From Macrostomum lignano (Eukaryota), in the NCBI GenBank assembly GCA_002269645.1, contig NIVC01000038.1, positions 1,240,001-1,304,000 on the forward strand: a DNA stretch of 64,000 bases, written 5' to 3'. Below, one piece after another: positions 57,490 to 64,000 of the stretch (the stretch's first letter is position 1; the number at the start of each line of letters is the position of its first letter). A model generated the notes under the pieces. The model ran no database searches, was not told where the DNA came from, and saw nothing but the letters and a program-made list of their open reading frames with translations. The position numbers and the translations under genes are program-made.

Positions 57490-58785
57490 GAGATCTACAT
57501 CAAAATCTCTCTGACATCTACATCGAAATCTCTCTGACACCTCTACGGAAATCTCTATGAGATCTCTACGGAAATCTCTATGAGATATCTACGGAAATCT
57601 CTATGAGATCTCTACCGAAATCTCTCTGAGATCTCTACGGAAATCTCTATGAGATCTCTACGGAAATCTCTATGAGATCTCTACCGAAATCTCTCTGAGA
57701 TCTCTACGGAAATCTCTCTGAGATCTATATGGAAATCTCTCTGAGATCTATATGAAAATCTCTCTGAGATCTATATGGAAATCCTCTGAGATCTATATGG
57801 AAATCTCTGAGATCTATATGGAAATCTCTGTGAGATCACTACTGAAATCTCTCTGAGATCTCTACGGAAATCTCTGAGTCTATATGGAAATCTCTCTGAG
57901 ATCTCTACGGAAATCTCTCTGAGATCTATATGGAAATCCTCTGAGATCTATATGGAAATCTCTCTGAGATCTCTACGGAAATCTCTCTGAGATCTATATG
58001 AAAATCTCCCGAGATCTATATGGAAATCTCTCTGAGATCTCTACGGAAATCTCTCTGAGATCTATATGAAAATCTCCCGAGATCTATATGGAAATCTCTC
58101 TGAGAACTATATGGAAATCTCTCTGAGATCTCTACTGAAATCTCTCTGAGATCTCTACTGAAATCTCTCTGAGATCTCTACTGAAATCTCTCTGAGATCT
58201 CTACGGAAATCTCTGAGATCTATATGAAAATCTCTCTGAGATCTATATGGAAATCTCTCTGAGATCTATATGGAAATCTCTGAGATCTATGGAAATCTCT
58301 CTGAGATCTCTACGGAAATCCTCTGAGATCTATATGGAAATCTCTCTGAGATCTATATGGAAATCTCTGAGATCTATGGAAATCTCTCTGAGATCTCTAC
58401 GGAAATCTCTCTGAGATCTATATGAAAATCTCTCTGAGATCTATGTGGAAATCTCTCTGAGATCTCTACGGAAATCTCTCTGAGATCTATATGGAAATCT
58501 CTCTGAGATCTATATGGAAATCTCTGAGATCTATGAAAATCTCTCTGAGATCTTACGGAAATCCTCTGAGATCTATATAGAAATCTCTCTGAGATCTATA
58601 TGGAAATCTCTCTGAGATCTATATGGAAATCTCTCTGAGATCTCTACGGAAATCTCTATGAGATCTCTACCGAAATCTCTCTGAGATCTCTACGGAAATC
58701 TCTCTGAAATCTCTACGGAAATCTCTCTGAGATCTCTACGGAAATCTCTCTGAGATCTCTACGGAAATCTCTCTGAGATCTCTAC
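57490..58785. repeat. 23 bp minisatellite (GAGATCT(C/A)TA(C/T)GGAAATCTCTCT)
   Basis: Same family and orientation as 45442-46400. Confidence 0.95.
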
Positions 58786-58915
58786 GGTCATCTACCTTAA
58801 ATCTTCTTTCCTTAAATCGCCCATGGAACATTCAATATCATATTCAACCCTAGCCAATTTTTTTAATTCTCAAAATTCTAAACACTTTAAAATTTTGACG
58901 ACTCAAAAATTCCAG

Positions 58916-61900
58916 GCTGCAGATCTCGCTGAAGCTGTTCGCTCCGGCGATGCCGGTCGCGTGCGCGATCAGTTCCTTAGCAACCACACGCAGGTGCGGC
59001 TGCTGGTGGAGCGGGACCGGCTTTTGCATGTGGCCTGCGGTTTTGGACACCTGGAGGTTGTGAGAGAGCTGCTGCAGGTGAGGCTCATTAATTAGGATTC
59101 TGGGATCATTAATTAGGATTCTGGGATCATTAATTAGGATTCTGGGATCATTAATTAGGATTCTGGGATCATTAATTAGGATTCTGGGATCATTAACTAG
59201 GATTCTGGGATCATTAACTAGGATTCTGGGATCATTAACTAGGATTCTGGGATCATTAACTAGGATTCTGGGATCATTAATTAGGATTCTGGGATCATTA
59301 ACTAGGATTCTGGGATCATTAATTAGGATTCTGGGATCATTAATTAGGATTCTGGGATCATTAATTAGGATTCTGGGAACATTAACTAGGATTCTGGGAT
59401 CATTAATTAGGATTCTGGGATCATTAACTAGGATTCTGGGATCATTAATTAGGATTCTGGGATCATTAATTAGGATTCTGGGATCATTAATTAGGATTCT
59501 GGGATCATTAATTAGGATTCTGGGATCATTAATTAGGATTCTGGGATAATTAACTAGGATTCTGGGATCATTAACTAGGATTCTGGGATCATTAACTAGG
59601 ATTCTGGGATCATTAATTAGGATTCTGGGATAATTAACTAGGATTCTGGGATCATTAATTAGGATTCTGGGATCATTAATTAGGATTCTGGGATCATTAA
59701 TTAGGATTCTGGGATCATTAATTAGGATTCTGGGATAATTAACTAGGATTCTGGGATCATTAATTAGGATTCTGGGATCATTAATTAGGATTCTGGGATC
59801 ATTAACTAGGATTCTGGGATCATTAATTAGGATTCTGGGATCATTAATTAGGATTCTGGGATCATTAACTAGGATTCTGGGATCATTAATTAGGATTCTG
59901 GGATCATTAATTAGGATTCTGGGATCATTAATTAGGATTCTGGGATAATTAACTAGGATTCTGGGATCATTAATTAGGATTCTGGGATCATTAATTAGGA
60001 TTCTGGGATCATTAATTAGGATTCTGGGATCATTAATTAGGATTCTGGGATCATTAACTAGGATTCTGGGATCATTAATTAGGATTCTGGGATCATTAAT
60101 TAGGATTCTGGGATCATTAATTAGGATTCTGGAATCATTAATTAGGATTCTGGGATCATTAACTAGGATTCTGGGATCATTAACTAGGATTCTGGGATCA
60201 TTAATTAGGATTCTGGGATCATTAATTAGGATTTTGGGATCATTAATTAGGATTCCGGGATCATTAATTTGGATTCTGGGATCAAAACTTCGGATTCTCG
60301 TGGGATCAATAATTCGGATTCTCGTGGGATCAATAAATGGGATTTAATGATCGATAATTGGAATTGTGGAATCAATAATTGGGATTATGGGATCGATAAT
60401 TGGGATTCCGGGACCAATAATTAGGATTCTCGTGGGATCAATAGCTGGGATTCTTCGACAGATCCCGTCGGGAAAACTCCCCAGCACCGCATTATCCCCA
60501 CGCCCTACGGCCTCCGCCCGTTCCGCCTCCTCCAAGCACGGGGTGCCACCGAATCTCGCCGCGCCAAACTCCGGACGCCGGCCATTGCACGAGGCGGTCT
60601 CTGCCGGTTTCGAGCCCGTGGTTCGCGAGCTGCTGCCCTGGATTGAGAAGCAGCAGCAGCAGCAGCAGCAGCCTCAGGCGGATGGTGGCATCAATGCTGT
60701 TGACAATCGCGGTCGATCTGCTGTCCACGCTGCCTGCGAACAGGGCGAACTGGCCTGTCTGAACCTCCTGGCAGCGGCGGGAGCGTCGCTGAATCTGCCA
60801 GACTCTGGCGGAGTCACCCCGGCGCACCTGGCTGCTGGCAGGGACCACCCGGAGCTGCTCAAACGTCTGAGGAAGCGCTGCGGACCTGCGGCTGGCAACG
60901 CGCTCATGTCTGCTCGAGATGGAAAGGTGGGGGAGAATTTGCGAAAGAGAGCGGATTAGGAAAGCTGATTTAATTGTTGTAGAAGATTAATGTGAGAGGG
61001 ACTGAGAGGCTGAGGGAGAGAAGGAGTAGGATAGGGGAGACAGGGATAGAGGGAGATAGGGATAGAGGGAGATAGGGATAGAGGGAGACAGGGGAGAGGG
61101 AGACAGGGGAGAGGGAGACAGGGGAAAGGGAGACATGGGAAAGGGAGACAGGGGAGAGGGAGACAGGGGAAAGGGAGACATGGGAAAGGGAGACAGGGGA
61201 GAGGGAGACAGGGGAAAGGGAGACAGGGGAAAGGGAGACAGGGGAGAGGGAGACAGGGGAAAGGGAGACAGGGGAGAGGGAGACAGGGGAAAGGGAGACA
61301 GGGGAAAGGGAGACAGGGAGAAGAGGGAGACAGGGGAGAGGGAGGCAGGGGAGAGGGAGACAGGGAGAAGAGGGAGACAGGGGAGAGGGAGGCAGGGGAG
61401 AGGGAGACAGGGGAGAGGGAGGCAGGGGAGAGGGAGACAGGGGAGAGGGAGACAGGGGAGAGGGAGGCAGGGGAGAGGGAGAGCATAAAGAAGTAGTGAA
61501 AACAGAGAGAGAAACGCAGCAGGGACAAGAGAGCAGGCACAGAAGCAGTTATTGCTCTAAGCGATCACAATCGCTGTTGCAGAGACCTTAAAAGCCCGTT
61601 AAGCTCTTGACATTCACACTGTCAGAATCTGCTGACCTCCCCCCACAGGGCCTGACCCCCGCGCACTGGGCTGCCGCGAGCGGCGCCACTCGCGCCCTGC
61701 ACGCCCTGGCCTCGGAGCTGAAGGCGCCAGTGGACCTGCCCGACCGGCAGGGCAACCAGCCAGCGCACCTGGCGGCTCGGCACGACCGCCTCAACTGCCT
61801 GCGGCTGTTGGCTGACCGGGGGGTGGCTCTGGACCTGCCTGGCAGGGCTGGGAAACTGCCGCTGCACTTTGTGAGAACGCTGGTGCCCCTCAACGTGCCC

Positions 61901-63065
61901 TCTCTTTCCCTCTCCTCCCCTCTCTTCCCCTCTCCTCCCCTCTCTTCCCCTCTCCTCCCCTCTCTTCCCCTCTCCTCCCCTCTCCTCCCCTCTCTTCCCC
62001 TCTCCTCCCCTCTCTTCCCCTCTCCTCCCCTCTCCTCCCTCTCCTCCCCTCTCTTCCCCTCTCCTCCCCTCTCTTCCCCTCTCTTTCCCTCTCTTTCCCT
62101 CTCCTCCCCTCTCTTCCCCTCTCCTCCCCTCTCTTCCCCTCTCTTTCCCTCTCTTTCCCTCCCCTCCCCTCTCTTCCCCTCTCCTCCCCTCTCTTCCCCT
62201 CACTTCCCCTCCCTTTCCCTCTCTTTCCCTCCCCTCCTCTCTCTTCCCCTCTCTTTCCCTCTCTTCCCCTCTCCTCCCCTCTCTTCCCCTCTCCTCCCCT
62301 CTCTTCCCCTCTCCTCCCCTCTCTTCCCCTCTCTTTCCCTCTCTTCCCCTCTTCTCCCCTCTCTTCCCCTCTCTTTCCCTCTCTTCCCCTCTCCTCCCCT
62401 CTCTTCCCCTCTCTTTCCCTCTCTTTCCCTCTCTTCCCCTCTCTTCCCCTCTCTTCCCCTCTCTTCCCCTTTATTTCCCTCTTTTCCCCTCTCTTCCCCT
62501 CTCTTCCCCTCTCTTCCCCTCTCTTCCCCTCTCTTCCCCTCTCCTCCCCTCTCTTCCCCTCTCTTCCCCTCTCTTCCCCTCTCTTCCCCTCTCTTCCCCT
62601 CTCCTCCCCTCTCTTCCTTCTCTCTTCCCTTCTTTTCCCCTCCCTTCCCTTCCATTTTTCCTATTTCTTTTTCTTAACGCTAGCTATTTCATAGCATAAA
62701 AGAACAGAAAGAAAGAATTTCATAGATTTATTCGCCTTTCTCTCTCCGTCTCCCTCCTCCCAGGCCGCTCAGTTCGGGAACTTGCAATGCCTGCACTGGC
62801 TACTTGAGCAGGGCGCAGATCCCAACGCTCAGGACGGTGAGACCCAGGCCTGGCTTTATCTAACCCTAATTGCCCTTATCTATCCTAATCTACTCCTTAT
62901 TGAAACTACCCGCTATCTACCAAAAATACCCCTATTACCCCAGCCGAGGGCAACACGCCCGGCCACTGGACGAATTTGTCCGGTCAAGCCGAGTGCTTCG
63001 CCTGTTGGTTGCGTCACGGCGGCGACTCCGAGCTGGCGAACCTGATGGCCGAGAACTGTGCCCAG
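58916..63065 (+). CDS. Ankyrin-repeat protein (partial at both ends)
   Basis: Exons 58916-59077, 60537-60926, 61649-61870, 62764-62836, 62944-63065 join in frame (the 60537 acceptor is AAG). Repeats [19 protein letters not shown]|[68 protein letters not shown]|[21 protein letters not shown]. Start exon not identified; a donor follows at 63066. Confidence 0.85.
59087..60270. repeat. 21 bp minisatellite (AA(T/C)TAGGATTCTGGGATCATT), ankyrin gene intron
   Basis: Begins about 10 nt after the donor; degenerate tail to about 60450. Confidence 0.97.
60995..61482. repeat. 15 bp G-rich minisatellite (GGGAGACAGGGGA(G/A)A), ankyrin gene intron
   Basis: Period 15. Confidence 0.95.
61900..62640. repeat. 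10 bp pyrimidine minisatellite (CCCCTCTC(T/C)T), ankyrin gene intron
   Basis: Period 10. Confidence 0.95.
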
Positions 63066-63129
63066 GTGAGTGACGGGTGAGGGAATGGGCTAGCAGAGAA
63101 TGGCTGCCGAATTTGAGGGGAATCAAAAC

Positions 63130-64000
63130 CGGACACTCATTTTGGCGCCATCCGGAATCCAGACACTCGTTGTGGCGCCATCCGGACACTCGTTGTGGTG
63201 CCATCCGGACACTCATTGTGCCGCCATCCGGACACTCATTTAGGCGCCATCCGGACACTCATTGTGGCGCCATCCGGACACTCATTGTGGCGCCATCCGG
63301 ACACTCATTTTGGCGCCATCCGGACACTCATTTTGGCGCCATCCGGACACTCATTGTGGCGCTATCTGGACACTCATTGTGCCGCCATCCGGACACTCAT
63401 TGTGGCGCCATCCGGACACGTGGCGCCATCCGGACACTTATTGTGGCGCCATCCGGACACTCATTGTGGCGCCATCCGAACACTCATTGTGGCGCCATCC
63501 GGACACTCATTGTGGCGCTATCTGGACACTCATTGTGGTGCCATCCGGACACTCATTGTGCCGCCATCCGGACACTTCTTTAGGCGCCATCCGGACACTC
63601 ATTGTGGCGCCATCCGGACACTCATTGTGGCGCCATCCGGACACTCATTTTGGCGCCATCCGGACACTCATTTTGGCGCCATCCGGACACTCATTGTGGC
63701 GCTATCTGGACACTCATTGTGCCGCCATCCGGACACTCATTGTGGCGCCATCCGGACACGTGGCGCCATCCGGACACTTATTGTGGCGCCATCCGGACAC
63801 TCATTGTGGCGCCATCCGAACACTCATTGTGGCGCCATCCGGACACTCATTGTGGCGCTATCTGGACACTCATTGTGCCGCCATCCGGACACTCATTGTG
63901 GCGCCATCCGGACACGTGGCGCCATCCGGACACTTATTGTGGCGCCATCCGGACACTTATTGAGGCGCCATCCGGACACTCATTGTGGCGCCATTCGGAC
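63130..64000. repeat. 23 bp minisatellite (GCGCCATCCGGACACTCATTGTG), ankyrin gene intron
   Basis: Period 23; runs off the window end. Confidence 0.97.

Noticed and set aside
58823-58915. In-frame ATG as the ankyrin gene start
   Set aside because: AT-rich, intron-like sequence ending in TTCCAG; more likely the end of an intron, although not excluded.

Overview
Intron-rich eukaryotic (animal) genomic DNA. GC-rich exons sit in AT-rich, minisatellite-filled introns, which suggests a free-living flatworm such as Macrostomum (inference only). I built spliced models by hand from GT/AG sites and phase continuity. (1) Complete Derlin-2, minus strand, 6 exons, 234 aa. (2) Complete HIPK kinase, plus strand, 5 coding exons, 833 aa. 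(3) Complete FGFR-like receptor tyrosine kinase: signal peptide, 3 Ig-like domains, TM and kinase; plus strand, 11 exons, 955 aa. (4) Single-exon thioredoxin-fold ORF with a CQIC motif, minus strand. (5) Partial ankyrin-repeat gene running off the right end. A disrupted coiled-coil + BEN-like gene and a degenerate hammerhead-like motif lie antisense in Derlin intron 1. Mobile DNA: a full-length tRNA-derived SINE with a 12-bp TSD and several non-autonomous hAT-type elements. Two of these are one family carrying an internal GA-rich array, and one is a composite with an exact 8-bp TSD. The main structural signal is about 34 tandem arrays: 19 of 23 complete introns hold at least one, neighbouring introns hold different units, and some arrays overlap or copy splice sites. 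Most long ORFs in the supplied track are artefacts of these arrays.
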